Shown: piece by piece, positions 18,768 through 30,429 of the stretch
How the letters are laid out: each line of letters opens with the position of its first letter
Numbering within the stretch: position 1 is the first letter of the stretch
From: an uncultured Dethiobacter sp.
GTDB taxonomy: Bacteria > Bacillota > Dethiobacteria > DTU022 > UBA8154
NCBI GenBank assembly: GCA_964419485.1
Contig: CAYQQF010000001.1
Span: 1 to 31,668, forward strand
DNA length: 31,668 nt
Reading direction: 5' to 3'
Position numbers and translations under genes: made by a program
Notes under the pieces: model-generated
Told to the model about the DNA's origin: nothing
Databases searched by the model: none
What the model saw: the letters and a program-made list of their open reading frames with translations, nothing else

Positions 18768-18972
18768 AATTGTTTTACCTTTTATTCGTTGTTTTTCTGT
18801 TATATTTTTAACCTGCTATAAGAAAAATGTTTTCGGGAATTTTTTCTTCTTTTTCCTCAATAATCCTCTTTTCTTGAGTGAAAAAATATAAAAATGTCAT
18901 TTATTCTTTATTAAAAATGTAGTAAACTAAATAATGAGTTTCAAGACTTGGATACGGGAGGGCGGTGTTGCT

Positions 18973-19761
18973 TTGCTCCTGGCGGTAGATGTTGGAAATA
19001 CAAATATTATGTTGGGGGTTTACGGATCTGAAAAGCTGGAAATGTGCTGGCGCATTTCTACAAACAGAAACCAAACTGAGGATGAATATGGTGTAATTAT
19101 CCGGAACCTGTTTCAGCAGAGCGGGCTTCAGGCGGAATGTATTGATGCTATGATTATTTCCTCGGTTGTTCCGCCGCTCAGGTTTCCTCTGGTCAGAATG
19201 GCAGAGAAATATTTTAAAGTTACTCCTCTCATTGTAGGACCTGGAATTAAAACAGGTTTAAATATTCTCTATGATAATCCCCGTGAGATAGGTGCCGACA
19301 GAGTGGTCAATGCGGTAGCGGGTATTGAACTCTATGGCGGACCATTGGTCATTGTGGATTTTGGCACAGCAACGACGTTTTGTGCCATTTCAGAGGTAGG
19401 AGATTACCTGGGTGGTTCTATTGCTCCAGGCATTGGGATCTCCACCGAAGCACTTTTTCAGAGGGCGGCAAAATTGCCGCGGGTAGAAATGGTTAAGCCC
19501 AAGAGGATTATCGGGAAGGATACCATATCCAGTATTCAGATCGGTATCTATTACGGTTTCGTCGGGCAAGTTGACGGTATTGTCAAGCGAATGATCAAGG
19601 AGTTTTCCAGAAAGCCCTTTGTTGTGGCCACAGGTGGAATGGCAGGCTTGATTGCAAAAGAATCGGAGACCATTGATGAGGTCAATCCGTTTCTTACACT
19701 GGCGGGCTTAAGGGCTCTTTATTACAAAAATAATCTTCAGGAAAAGAACCCGTTGCCATAA
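18973..19761 (+). CDS. coaX: Type III pantothenate kinase
   Basis: [39 protein letters not shown]. Likely TTG start 18973 (SD GGAGG). Confidence 0.96.
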   Translation: MLLAVDVGNTNIMLGVYGSEKLEMCWRISTNRNQTEDEYGVIIRNLFQQSGLQAECIDAMIISSVVPPLRFPLVRMAEKYFKVTPLIVGPGIKTGLNILYDNPREIGADRVVNAVAGIELYGGPLVIVDFGTATTFCAISEVGDYLGGSIAPGIGISTEALFQRAAKLPRVEMVKPKRIIGKDTISSIQIGIYYGFVGQVDGIVKRMIKEFSRKPFVVATGGMAGLIAKESETIDEVNPFLTLAGLRALYYKNNLQEKNPLP

Positions 19762-19805
19762 ATAAAGAAAACACAAAGAAAAATCAAGCTTTATTTGTGG
19801 TTTCG

Positions 19806-19833
19806 GCAGGAATTAACCGTTGCAAGAAGAATA
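19806..19833 (+). promoter_or_regulatory. Putative sigmaH promoter upstream of the mrp-atp cluster
   Basis: GCAGGAATT (19806-19814), 11 nt, GAAGAATA (19826-19833) fits the sigmaH consensus RNAGGAWWW-N11/12-RNNGAAT. Confidence 0.5.
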
Positions 19834-19901
19834 CCTTAATGGTAGATGTAGTATTGTAAAAAGACATAACCAAAGTCCGAAAAGGCGAAAATTTTGATGC
19901 A

Positions 19902-19919
19902 TTGTGAAAATTTTAACTA
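19902..19919. promoter_or_regulatory. Putative Rex operator inside a sigmaA-like promoter
   Basis: TTGTGAA-AATT-TTAACTA versus Rex consensus TTGT(G/T)AA-N4-TT(C/A)ACAA (one mismatch); lies between TTGATG (19894) and TATAAG (19918). Confidence 0.45.
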
Positions 19920-19938
19920 TAAGCTGTGAGGTAATAGT

Positions 19939-20331
19939 ATGGACGATTATCTTACTAAAATTATTTTCCGCTATATTTTACTTTTTATCCTGGTTTACGG
20001 AGCGTATATTATTCTTCATGGCCATCTGTCACCGGGAGGCGGTTTTGCCGGAGGCATGGTTATGGGCATGGGAATGATTTTATATTTTTTAATTTTTGGT
20101 CTTGGTAAAGCGAAGTTCCGGCGTTTGCCCATGGATGTAGCAATTGTCGTTATCGGTATCGGAGGGTTTCTGGAAGGAATTAAATTTGTACTGCCCCATG
20201 AACACGGACCGATAGGTCTTCCCGGGACGTTATTCAGCGTGGGGATTATCAGTGTGGTAAATTTTGGCATTGGTTTACTGGTGGCCAGCACAGTGCTGAG
20301 CATCTTTTACCTTCTTGGCGGGGAGGCGTAA
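19939..20331 (+). CDS. mnhB: Mrp/Mnh subunit B (MbhF-like)
   Basis: HGHLSPGGGFAGG MnhB signature; 4 TMs; 130 aa. Confidence 0.88.
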   Translation: MDDYLTKIIFRYILLFILVYGAYIILHGHLSPGGGFAGGMVMGMGMILYFLIFGLGKAKFRRLPMDVAIVVIGIGGFLEGIKFVLPHEHGPIGLPGTLFSVGIISVVNFGIGLLVASTVLSIFYLLGGEA

Positions 20332-20332
20332 A

Positions 20333-20695
20333 ATGAGCACTTCAATTATGATGACGAACTATCCTTATGTTGTTGCAGTGATATTGTTTTGCCTGGGGTG
20401 CCTCTGCATTCTGACGCAGCATAATTTAATCAAAAAAGTGATTGGGATTAATATTATGGAAACGGGTATTTTCCTTTTCTTTATTGCCGTTGGGAATATC
20501 CGGGGCGGTATTGCCCCTATTTATGATCCGGCGTTGCCGGAAGGTATCCTGTATATTAATCCTCTGCCATCTGCACTTATGCTTACCGGGATCGTAGTCA
20601 GCTTCAGCGTTACAGCCTTTGCCCTGGCAATTATAGTCAAGCTTTATCATTTTTACGGTACTATCTACGCCCCGGATATTATGCGGATGAGGTGA
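20333..20695 (+). CDS. mnhC: Mrp/Mnh subunit C (MbhG-like)
   Basis: NLIKKVIGINIME, NPLPSALMLTGIVV; ATG 20333 just after the mnhB stop. Confidence 0.92.
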   Translation: MSTSIMMTNYPYVVAVILFCLGCLCILTQHNLIKKVIGINIMETGIFLFFIAVGNIRGGIAPIYDPALPEGILYINPLPSALMLTGIVVSFSVTAFALAIIVKLYHFYGTIYAPDIMRMR

Positions 20696-20702
20696 CAAAG
20701 GA

Positions 20703-22187
20703 ATGCATCTCTGGGATACACTGCCATTTTTATTAATTATTTTTTCCCTGCTGTGCGCTTTTGTTTCACCTATTTTTGCCCGGTGGAAAAGGGAAGTTTG
20801 CCCTTACCTGGCTATTTTCAGCATTTCGGTCTCTTTTGTAAACAGTTGTATACTGGCCTACCGGGTTGCGGGTGGAGAAATTATTCATTATCATGTTTCG
20901 AACTGGCTGCCGCCCTGGGGTATTGAGATTTTTATTGATGAACTGGCGGCCATGATGCTGCTGTTGTTAAGCGGATGCTGTTTACTGGTGGCTATTTACA
21001 GTATCAGAATGTTGCCCAAGGAAATTCCTGAGCAGGCAACAGGATGGTATTATACTCTTTATATATTAACCCTTACCTCCATGATGGGGATGGTCGTTAC
21101 CAATGACCTTTTTAACCTTTATGTCATGGTGGAAGTGACCGGTATCGGAGCCTGCGGACTGGTTGTGGCCAAAGGCGAAAAGCTTTCCACAGAGGCTACT
21201 CTCAGGTATTTGATGCTGGCTACTCTGGGGTCGGGTTTCCTGCTCTTTGGAATTGGTTTTCTCTACCAGGTTACCGGTAATTTGAATATCAACTACGTCG
21301 CCGGTGAACTGGTTTCTGTCAGGGAACAATATCCATTTTTGATGTGGGCAACAATGAGTTTTATAACCGTGGGACTGGGTGTAAAATCTGCCCTTTTTCC
21401 CCTTCATATCTGGTTGCCGGATGCGCACTCTTCCGCCCCGTCTTCTTCCAGTGCCATTCTTTCGGGCCTGGTGGTCAAAGTATACATTGTTGCCATGTTG
21501 CGGATTTATTTTGTTGTGTTCGGGTTTGAAGTGTTTCAGGAAACATATATGCGCTACCTGATCCTGTCGCTGGCAGCGGCGGCGATGCTGGGCGGTTCGT
21601 TTTTTGCTTTTGTCCAGCTGGAATTAAAGCGGCGCCTGGCCTATTCAACAGTAGCTCAGATCGGCTATATTTTTCTTGGCTTTGGATTGGGAACATCCTG
21701 GGGTCTTAAAGCGGCTCTGTTGCATATCATCATTCATGCTTTCATGAAAATCTGTCTTTTTTTATCCGCAGGCGCTGTTTATTACCAGACAGGGCGAAAA
21801 AAGGTGATTCATTTTTCCGGGATGGGCTATCAGATGCCCGTGACAATGGCTGCTTTTACCGTGGCCTCCCTTTCCATGGTCGGGATACCGCTTTTCGGTG
21901 GGTTTATATCCAAATACCTGCTGGCCATGGGGAGTCTGGAAGCGGGCAACCCCTATTTTATCGTTTTAATTGTTATCAGCGGGCTGCTTAATGCCTCCTA
22001 TTACTTTCCGATCATCTGGCAGTCGTATTTTACTTCTGGTCACAATGCCAGGCTGACAATGGATAAAGTGCCCCTGACAATGTTAATACCTATCGTAATC
22101 ATGGCTTTCGGAGTTATTTATATGGGTCTTTTCCCCAGCGGGCCTCTGGCTTTCCTGGAGAGGGTTGTCGACAGGTTTTTACTTTAA
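20703..22187 (+). CDS. mnhD: Mrp/Mnh subunit D (NuoN/MbhH-like antiporter subunit)
   Basis: PPWGIE, DLFNLYVMVE (TM5 Glu), KSALFPLHIWLPDAH (TM7 Lys), SGLVVK (TM8 Lys), KRRLAYST, HAFMK, GFISK (TM12 Lys); 494 aa. Confidence 0.93.
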   Translation: MHLWDTLPFLLIIFSLLCAFVSPIFARWKREVCPYLAIFSISVSFVNSCILAYRVAGGEIIHYHVSNWLPPWGIEIFIDELAAMMLLLLSGCCLLVAIYSIRMLPKEIPEQATGWYYTLYILTLTSMMGMVVTNDLFNLYVMVEVTGIGACGLVVAKGEKLSTEATLRYLMLATLGSGFLLFGIGFLYQVTGNLNINYVAGELVSVREQYPFLMWATMSFITVGLGVKSALFPLHIWLPDAHSSAPSSSSAILSGLVVKVYIVAMLRIYFVVFGFEVFQETYMRYLILSLAAAAMLGGSFFAFVQLELKRRLAYSTVAQIGYIFLGFGLGTSWGLKAALLHIIIHAFMKICLFLSAGAVYYQTGRKKVIHFSGMGYQMPVTMAAFTVASLSMVGIPLFGGFISKYLLAMGSLEAGNPYFIVLIVISGLLNASYYFPIIWQSYFTSGHNARLTMDKVPLTMLIPIVIMAFGVIYMGLFPSGPLAFLERVVDRFLL

Positions 22188-22208
22188 TGAGCAAAAGGGG
22201 TTATTACC

Positions 22209-22742
22209 ATGTCATTTAACCGCTTGTTGAAGGAACGTTTGAAAAGAGATGCTTCAGGTTCGATTTTTATCTTTATCCTGCTGATGACTTTTTGGCTTTT
22301 TATTTCCGGCAGCATTGACTGGCAGCACTGGATCACCGGGATCATTCTGATCACTTTTATAACGCTTTTTTGGAATCAGCTCCTTATTGACGAGCATGAA
22401 AAAACGAAGATTACCTGGCGCCAGGTAAAGATATTTGTGCGTTATCTCTTTTTTTTAGAATTAGAAATAATCAAGGCGAATTTTGTGGTGGCATGTATTG
22501 TTCTGAATCCGAAAATGCCCATATCGCCGGGTCTAATCGTCCTGAAGGTCTCATTGCAAAAAGACCTGCCGCGGGCAGCTTATGCCAATTCGATTACGCT
22601 TACTCCGGGTACCATATCTGTTGATCTGGACGGTGACAGGCTGCTGGTTCACGGTATGACTAAAGACCATGCCTTTGGTGTGCGAAGCTGGTATATGTAT
22701 GATATTATGAAGGACCTGGAGGAGGCAGGAAAAAATGATTGA
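22209..22742 (+). CDS. mnhE: Mrp/Mnh subunit E (MbhA-like)
   Basis: EIIKANFVVA..VLNP...ISPG, ANSITLTPGT, LLVH. Confidence 0.93.
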   Translation: MSFNRLLKERLKRDASGSIFIFILLMTFWLFISGSIDWQHWITGIILITFITLFWNQLLIDEHEKTKITWRQVKIFVRYLFFLELEIIKANFVVACIVLNPKMPISPGLIVLKVSLQKDLPRAAYANSITLTPGTISVDLDGDRLLVHGMTKDHAFGVRSWYMYDIMKDLEEAGKND

Positions 22743-23001
22743 AACCAGCTTACTTATCATCAGTGGTGCCCTTCCTATCCTGGGTATCATCGCCCTGTAC
22801 CGCGCCTTTAAAGGGCCTTCTGCCCTCGATAGGGTTGTCGCCATGAACATGATCGTGACGACAGTGGTTATTTATATTCTTATATTTTCCTATCTTTCTT
22901 CGTCCTATTATTATATAGATGTGGTTCTTGTTTTTATCCTGGCTGCATTTATTTCTACGCTGTGCATTTTAAAGTTTCTGAGGGAGGGGAGGCTTTTTTA
23001 A
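22735..23001 (+). CDS. mnhF: Mrp/Mnh subunit F (MbhB-like)
   Basis: YRAFKGPSALDRVVAMN, YIDVVLV...FISTL...KFL; overlaps the mnhE stop. Confidence 0.92.
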   Translation: MIETSLLIISGALPILGIIALYRAFKGPSALDRVVAMNMIVTTVVIYILIFSYLSSSYYYIDVVLVFILAAFISTLCILKFLREGRLF

Positions 23002-23372
23002 TGTTACTTGTGGTTAGAGATATTTTGTTTGTGATATTTCTTTTCGGAGGGTTCTTTTTTCTGACTGTGGGCATTATCGGTCTGATACGTCTTCCGGATG
23101 TTTTTAATCGTCTCCATGCCCTCGGGAAATGTGATACAATGGGTACCGGGCTGATTATTCTGGCCATGTTGCTGATTTATCCGGGGATAACCAATATCGC
23201 CAAGCTGATTTTAATGGGTATATTGACCATGGTCATCAACCCGGTTATGACGCACCTGATTACTAAAACAGCGTATGTCCGGGGTACTCCTATGGCTGAA
23301 GGAAGTTTTACTGTAAGCACTTATTATGAGGAAGAGGAAGGAGAGTTTTTAACAGGAGAGGGTGAAGATTAG
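23001..23372 (+). CDS. mnhG: Mrp/Mnh subunit G (MbhC-like)
   Basis: GLIRLPDVFNRLHALGKCDTMG, NPVMTHLI; TAATG coupling at 22999-23003. Confidence 0.92.
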   Translation: MLLVVRDILFVIFLFGGFFFLTVGIIGLIRLPDVFNRLHALGKCDTMGTGLIILAMLLIYPGITNIAKLILMGILTMVINPVMTHLITKTAYVRGTPMAEGSFTVSTYYEEEEGEFLTGEGED

Positions 23373-23618
23373 TTGGTTCTTTCTGAATTTATGCTTCTTG
23401 TCCTCTTGGTTTTACTGGTGCTTGCCGCTCTTTCTGTCTTTATATTTGAAGATTTGCTTTATGTGCTGATTATATTTGGAGGCTACAGTACAGTAATGTC
23501 TCTTCTGTGGCAGCAGCTGAACTCTCCGGACCTGGCTATTACAGAAGCTGCAGTCGGGGTAGGGACGACGATTTTATTAATTACAGTGGTAACCAAAGTG
23601 GGGAGGCGCCCGAAATGA
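23373..23618 (+). CDS. DUF4040 / MbhD-like small antiporter subunit (piece of the MrpA C-terminus)
   Basis: DLLYVLIIFGGYS..MSLLW..LNSPDLAITEAAVG, the xPDxAxTEAAVG signature; TTG start, 81 aa. Confidence 0.85.
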   Translation: MVLSEFMLLVLLVLLVLAALSVFIFEDLLYVLIIFGGYSTVMSLLWQQLNSPDLAITEAAVGVGTTILLITVVTKVGRRPK

Positions 23619-23914
23619 ACTGGCGGGAAGTTTTCTATGTTGTCTTTATTACCTTGCTGGTAGCCATGGTTGGCATGGTCCTCTTTATGACCGTCAGGGA
23701 GATGCCTCCCTACGGAGAGGCGACAAACCCTACCAATAATTATGTTATGCGGCGCTATGTTGATGCCTCTATCAAGGAGAGCGGAGGGTATAACTATGTA
23801 ACCAATATTATCCTGGACTACCGGGGTTATGATACTCTCCTGGAGACCACGGTTCTTTTTACAGCTGTTATGTCAGTTATTGTCCTTTGGGGTGTACAGA
23901 GTTCCAAGGAATAG
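23615..23914 (+). CDS. MbhE-like small antiporter subunit (piece of the MrpA C-terminus)
   Basis: NYVTNIILDYRGYDTLLETTVLF motif; ATGA overlap at 23615-23618. Confidence 0.85.
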   Translation: MNWREVFYVVFITLLVAMVGMVLFMTVREMPPYGEATNPTNNYVMRRYVDASIKESGGYNYVTNIILDYRGYDTLLETTVLFTAVMSVIVLWGVQSSKE

Positions 23915-23999
23915 CAGTAATGTGAAGCCTTGGATTAAACTGTAAAAAAGCTCTCAGGGTTTCGGGAGCCTGAATTTATAAGAAAGGAGGGATACAGAA

Positions 24000-24686
24000 T
24001 TGGGTTTGGAAGGATTGCAGCATATTTTAGAGCATGTTAAGCCGTCAGTTTTGTTTCATATAGGTCCTATACCTATCAATACCACTGTGTTTAATACCTG
24101 GATCGTCATGATCATACTTTTTCCCCTGGTATATTTTTTAACCAGACGGTTAAATACTGTTCCCCGGGGAATACAAAACCTGCTGGAGATATTAGCAGAT
24201 TTCGTTAATGGCCTCTTAGATGATTCTATTGGTAAAGAAGAAGGGCGTAAGTTTCTTCCCCTGGTTGGGACTCTCTTTGTGTTTATTCTATTTCTCAACC
24301 TTTCCTGGTTTATTCCGGAGATGAAGCCGCCTACCACGGATCTGTCTACCACATTGGCGTTTGCTGTTATTACAATGGTAGTGGTTGAGTGTGCCGGTAT
24401 AAGAAAGCAAGGGTTGGGAGGATATATAAAACATTTTTTTCAGCCTACTCCCTTCTTGTTTCCGCTGAATCTTATGGAAGAGCTGGTTAAGCCCGTATCT
24501 CTTTCTCTCCGTCTTTTTGCCAACATGTTTGGAGAGAAGGCGGCGGTTGCGGCGCTGCTCCTTATGTTTCCCTTGTTTCTCCCAATCCCGGTGATGGTTC
24601 TAGGGGTCATTATGGGCGTTATCCAAGCCTTCGTCTTTTCTTTGTTGACAGTGGTATATATAGCTACTTTAGTACACGGACATTAA
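24000..24686 (+). CDS. atpB: Fo ATP synthase subunit a
   Basis: PRGIQN..E, PPTTDL, KPVSLSLRLFANM (essential Arg171), IQAFVF.LLT.VY; TTG start after AAAGGAGG. Confidence 0.95.
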   Translation: MGLEGLQHILEHVKPSVLFHIGPIPINTTVFNTWIVMIILFPLVYFLTRRLNTVPRGIQNLLEILADFVNGLLDDSIGKEEGRKFLPLVGTLFVFILFLNLSWFIPEMKPPTTDLSTTLAFAVITMVVVECAGIRKQGLGGYIKHFFQPTPFLFPLNLMEELVKPVSLSLRLFANMFGEKAAVAALLLMFPLFLPIPVMVLGVIMGVIQAFVFSLLTVVYIATLVHGH

Positions 24687-24706
24687 ATTATTAGGAGGTT
24701 AGAGTA

Positions 24707-24931
24707 ATGGATGGATTCGCATTTGTAGGTGCAGGGGTGGCCGTTGGTTTAGCTGCTTTAGGCTGTGGTATTGGACAGGGGATCGCTACGCGTGGAGCAT
24801 TGGAAGGCATTGCCAGGCAACCGGAGGCCATGGGGGATATCCGGACCACTTTAATTCTCGCCCTGGCTTTTATGGAAGCTTTGACCCTCTTTTCCTTTGT
24901 AATATCCATTCTTCTATGGACCAAGATTTAA
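24707..24931 (+). CDS. atpE: Fo ATP synthase subunit c (H+-type motif)
   Basis: GCGIGQG, ARQPE loop, FMEALTLF (Glu57 followed by Ala-Leu, not the Ser/Thr-Thr of Na+ rings). Confidence 0.97.
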   Translation: MDGFAFVGAGVAVGLAALGCGIGQGIATRGALEGIARQPEAMGDIRTTLILALAFMEALTLFSFVISILLWTKI

Positions 24932-24968
24932 TTTATAAAAAAAGCAGATAAAACAAGGAAGTGGTATT

Positions 24969-25475
24969 ATGGAGGCCTTTTTAGAGGCACTATCTTTTGA
25001 CCTTTGGACTTTTATATTTCAAACGATTAATGTTTTGATAGTTTTAGTGGGACTTTATTTGCTTCTCTGGAAGCCTCTCAGCAAAACCTTAAACAGTAGA
25101 GGAGAAAAAATTGAAGGGGACCTCAGAGAAGCGTCTTCTGCCAAAGAAAAGGCAGAAGAATTGTTGGCCTCTTATCAGACACAATTAACGGAGGCGCAGC
25201 AGGAGGCTAGGGATATATTACAACGGGCTACCGAGATGGCAGAGACCGCCCGCTCGGAAATGGTTGCCCAGGCTAAGGAGGAGGCTGCGCAGGTCTTGGA
25301 GAAGGCCCGGCAAGAAATAGAAAAAGAGAAAATGTCGGCCCTTGCTGCCATTCGCAACCAGGCGGCAGACCTTGTGGTTATGGCGACAGGCAAGATTTTG
25401 GCCCGCGCCCTTACCGCTGAAGATCAAGAGCATTTGCTCCAGGATGCTCTTGCGGAGGTGGAAAGAGTACAGTGA
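24969..25475 (+). CDS. atpF: Fo ATP synthase subunit b
   Basis: WTFIFQTIN..I...L..LLWKP, R..KI, long Ala/Glu/Lys-rich coiled coil. Confidence 0.95.
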   Translation: MEAFLEALSFDLWTFIFQTINVLIVLVGLYLLLWKPLSKTLNSRGEKIEGDLREASSAKEKAEELLASYQTQLTEAQQEARDILQRATEMAETARSEMVAQAKEEAAQVLEKARQEIEKEKMSALAAIRNQAADLVVMATGKILARALTAEDQEHLLQDALAEVERVQ

Positions 25476-25975
25476 AACCAAAAAGAGTTGCCCGGCACTT
25501 TGCGGAGGCCCTCTTTTATGCTGTCCAAAAATTAGGGCAGGAAGAAGAGATGGGAGAAAAACTTGCTTCTTTAAAAGAGATATTTGAGGAAGATGCAGAG
25601 TTCTACAGGATCCTATCCCATCCGCTAATGCCTCTCCAGGAAAAGGAACAAGCAATAAAGGAAATGCTTCCCCGGCTATTGAGCAGAGAGAAAGAAGAGC
25701 TTTTCACCTCTCTTGCTCAAGAGTATCAACGCCTTCTTGATCAGGCAAAAGATATTGAGGCGGTGGAAGTAACAGTGGCTGTTCCCCTTTCTCCTGCTCT
25801 TGAATCTGAACTGGAAAAACGGTTGATTCGCCTTATTGGGAAAAAAGTCCGTATGGAAATAAGGATTGATCCTGATATATTGGGAGGGCTTGTTTTCCGT
25901 TGGGGTGACCGGGTAGTAGATGCCAGCGTCAAGAAAAAACTGGAGTTTTTCGGTTCCTACTTAAAGACAGTCTAG
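25472..25975 (+). CDS. atpH: F1 ATP synthase subunit delta
   Basis: VARHFAEALF, AVPLS, IDPDILGG...GDRVVDASV; GTGA overlap with atpF. Confidence 0.92.
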   Translation: MKPKRVARHFAEALFYAVQKLGQEEEMGEKLASLKEIFEEDAEFYRILSHPLMPLQEKEQAIKEMLPRLLSREKEELFTSLAQEYQRLLDQAKDIEAVEVTVAVPLSPALESELEKRLIRLIGKKVRMEIRIDPDILGGLVFRWGDRVVDASVKKKLEFFGSYLKTV

Positions 25976-26013
25976 CACCCGGTATAGTCAACTATGTAAA
26001 GGGGTGAGATGAT

Positions 26014-27540
26014 TTGGAGATCAAGCTGGACGAAATTACCAGCGCTTTAATGCAGCAGATAAAAAGCTATGAGCTGGAGATAGAGGTAGCGAACAAGGGT
26101 ATTGTTACCTATGTGGGTGATGGGATTGCGCGCGTTAATCTCGGGCAAGTAATGGCCGGAGAATTGCTTGAGTTTCCCGGAGGAGTTTCCGGCATGGCCT
26201 TAAACCTCGAAGAGGACAGCGTGGGTGCAGTAATTTTAGGTCCGTACCTGCATATTAAAGAAGGAGATGAAGTAAAACGGACCGGCCGTATTATGGAAGT
26301 ACCGGTAGGGGATGAGCTTATCGGCCGGGTGGTAAACCCGGTAGGCAAGCCCCTGGATGATAAGGGCCCCATTGATTCTAAAAAAAGCCGCCCGGTAGAG
26401 TTTCTGGCTCCGGGGGTAGTTCAACGTCAACCTGTAAATACTCCCTTACAAACAGGTATTAAAGTTATTGATTCCATGTTTCCTATTGGACGCGGGCAGC
26501 GGGAGTTGATTATTGGTGACCGTCAAATTGGGAAAACCGCTATTGCCGTGGATACTATTATCAACCAAAAGGGACAAGATGTTATCTGTATCTACGTAGC
26601 CATAGGGCAGAAGGCTTCTACAGTAGCAAGTGTTATTCAAAAGTTCGAGGAAACAGGCGCCCTGGATTATACTACGGTAGTGGTGGCCAATGCCGGTGAG
26701 CCGGCCCCGCTTCTGTATATAGCACCTTATGCCGGTTGCGCTATCGGCGAATATTTTATGTACGAACAAAATCGGGATGTCCTGGTGATTTATGATGACC
26801 TTTCCAAACAGGCTGCGGCCTATCGCGAGCTGTCATTGCTTTTAAGGCGGCCGCCGGGAAGAGAAGCCTATCCAGGGGATATTTTTTATCTTCATTCCCG
26901 TTTATTGGAAAGATCGGCACGTTTAAGCGATGCTCTGGGCGGGGGTTCGATGACGGCCTTACCAATAATTGAAACCCAGGCCGGGGATGTTTCCGCTTAT
27001 ATCCCTACTAACGTCATTTCCATAACTGACGGTCAGATTTTCCTGGAATCAGATCTTTTTTACGCCGGCCAGCGCCCGGCTATAAACTTGGGGATCTCTG
27101 TTTCCCGGGTAGGAGGAGCAGCACAGGTAAAGGCGATGAAGCAAGTAGCAGGAAGGTTGCGTCTGGACCTCGCTCAATACCAGGAATTGGCGGCCTTCGC
27201 TCAGTTCGGGACTGATCTGGATAAGGCTACCAAGGCCAGGCTGGCCAGAGGTGAGCGGATGACCGAGCTTTTAAAACAAGCTCAATACCGGCCTATGTCT
27301 GTGGAAGAACAGATAGTTGTAGTATACGCTGGTGTAAATAGATATTTGGATAATTTGCCTCTAGATAAGGTAGGATCCTTTGAAAAGGAATTTATCCGTT
27401 TCCTGAAGGCTACTTATCCGCAAATCCTTCAGGAACTTCGAGAAAAAAAGGATTTAGATAAAAACCTGGAGGAGATTTTGAAAAAAAGTCTGAAAGAATT
27501 TTTAGATGCTTTTGCTCCAGGTAGAGAAGCTGATTCCTGA
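26014..27540 (+). CDS. atpA: F1 ATP synthase subunit alpha
   Basis: [39 protein letters not shown]. Confidence 0.98.
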   Translation: MEIKLDEITSALMQQIKSYELEIEVANKGIVTYVGDGIARVNLGQVMAGELLEFPGGVSGMALNLEEDSVGAVILGPYLHIKEGDEVKRTGRIMEVPVGDELIGRVVNPVGKPLDDKGPIDSKKSRPVEFLAPGVVQRQPVNTPLQTGIKVIDSMFPIGRGQRELIIGDRQIGKTAIAVDTIINQKGQDVICIYVAIGQKASTVASVIQKFEETGALDYTTVVVANAGEPAPLLYIAPYAGCAIGEYFMYEQNRDVLVIYDDLSKQAAAYRELSLLLRRPPGREAYPGDIFYLHSRLLERSARLSDALGGGSMTALPIIETQAGDVSAYIPTNVISITDGQIFLESDLFYAGQRPAINLGISVSRVGGAAQVKAMKQVAGRLRLDLAQYQELAAFAQFGTDLDKATKARLARGERMTELLKQAQYRPMSVEEQIVVVYAGVNRYLDNLPLDKVGSFEKEFIRFLKATYPQILQELREKKDLDKNLEEILKKSLKEFLDAFAPGREADS

Positions 27541-27605
27541 TTGCCGAACATTCAGCATAGACAGTATTTATGTTGATGTTGGCGTAAGATAAAGGCGGTG
27601 GAATC

Positions 27606-30273
<2,668 letters not shown>

Positions 30274-30284
30274 TTTTCATAATT

Positions 30285-30332
30285 CGGGCTGATCCCCAAT
30301 TTTGGAAATAAAAAAATTACGGGATCAGCCCG
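30285..30332 (+). terminator. Hairpin after atpC (probable terminator)
   Basis: 12-bp perfect inverted repeat CGGGCTGATCCC (30285-30296) / GGGATCAGCCCG (30321-30332), 24-nt AT-rich loop; U-tract is weak. Confidence 0.6.
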
Positions 30333-30380
30333 GGTTAATTAGGGTACTAATTTTTTTACTCAAACATAAGGTTGTTATGG

Positions 30381-30410
30381 TTGACATTCTTGTCAAAAGA
30401 TTGTTATAAT
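30381..30410 (+). promoter_or_regulatory. Consensus sigmaA promoter with overlapping palindrome
   Basis: TTGACA (30381-30386), 18 nt, TATAAT (30405-30410), extended -10 TG; the -35 is half of TTGACA-TTCT-TGTCAA. Confidence 0.7.
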
Positions 30411-30429
30411 TATTATAGGTAGATGTTAT

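Noticed and set aside
17306-18891. Plus-strand ORFs of 66-120 aa between folT and coaX
   Set aside because: Antisense to the 441-aa membrane protein gene, which has coherent TM topology.
19939-23914. Calling the cluster a membrane-bound hydrogenase or complex I
   Set aside because: No NiFe large subunit, Fe-S subunits or NuoH/MbhM homologue is present in the window; only antiporter-type subunits.
23945-23985. Small TCAGG/CCTGA hairpin between the mrp genes and atpB as a terminator
   Set aside because: Short imperfect stem with only a 3-T tail; not convincing, though a processing or stability role is possible.
24707-24931. Na+-translocating ATP synthase (suggested by Gln24 and the neighbouring Mrp)
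   Set aside because: Gln is present, but Glu57 is followed by Ala-Leu and Phe62 replaces Tyr, the same pattern as H+-coupled chloroplast/cyanobacterial c subunits.
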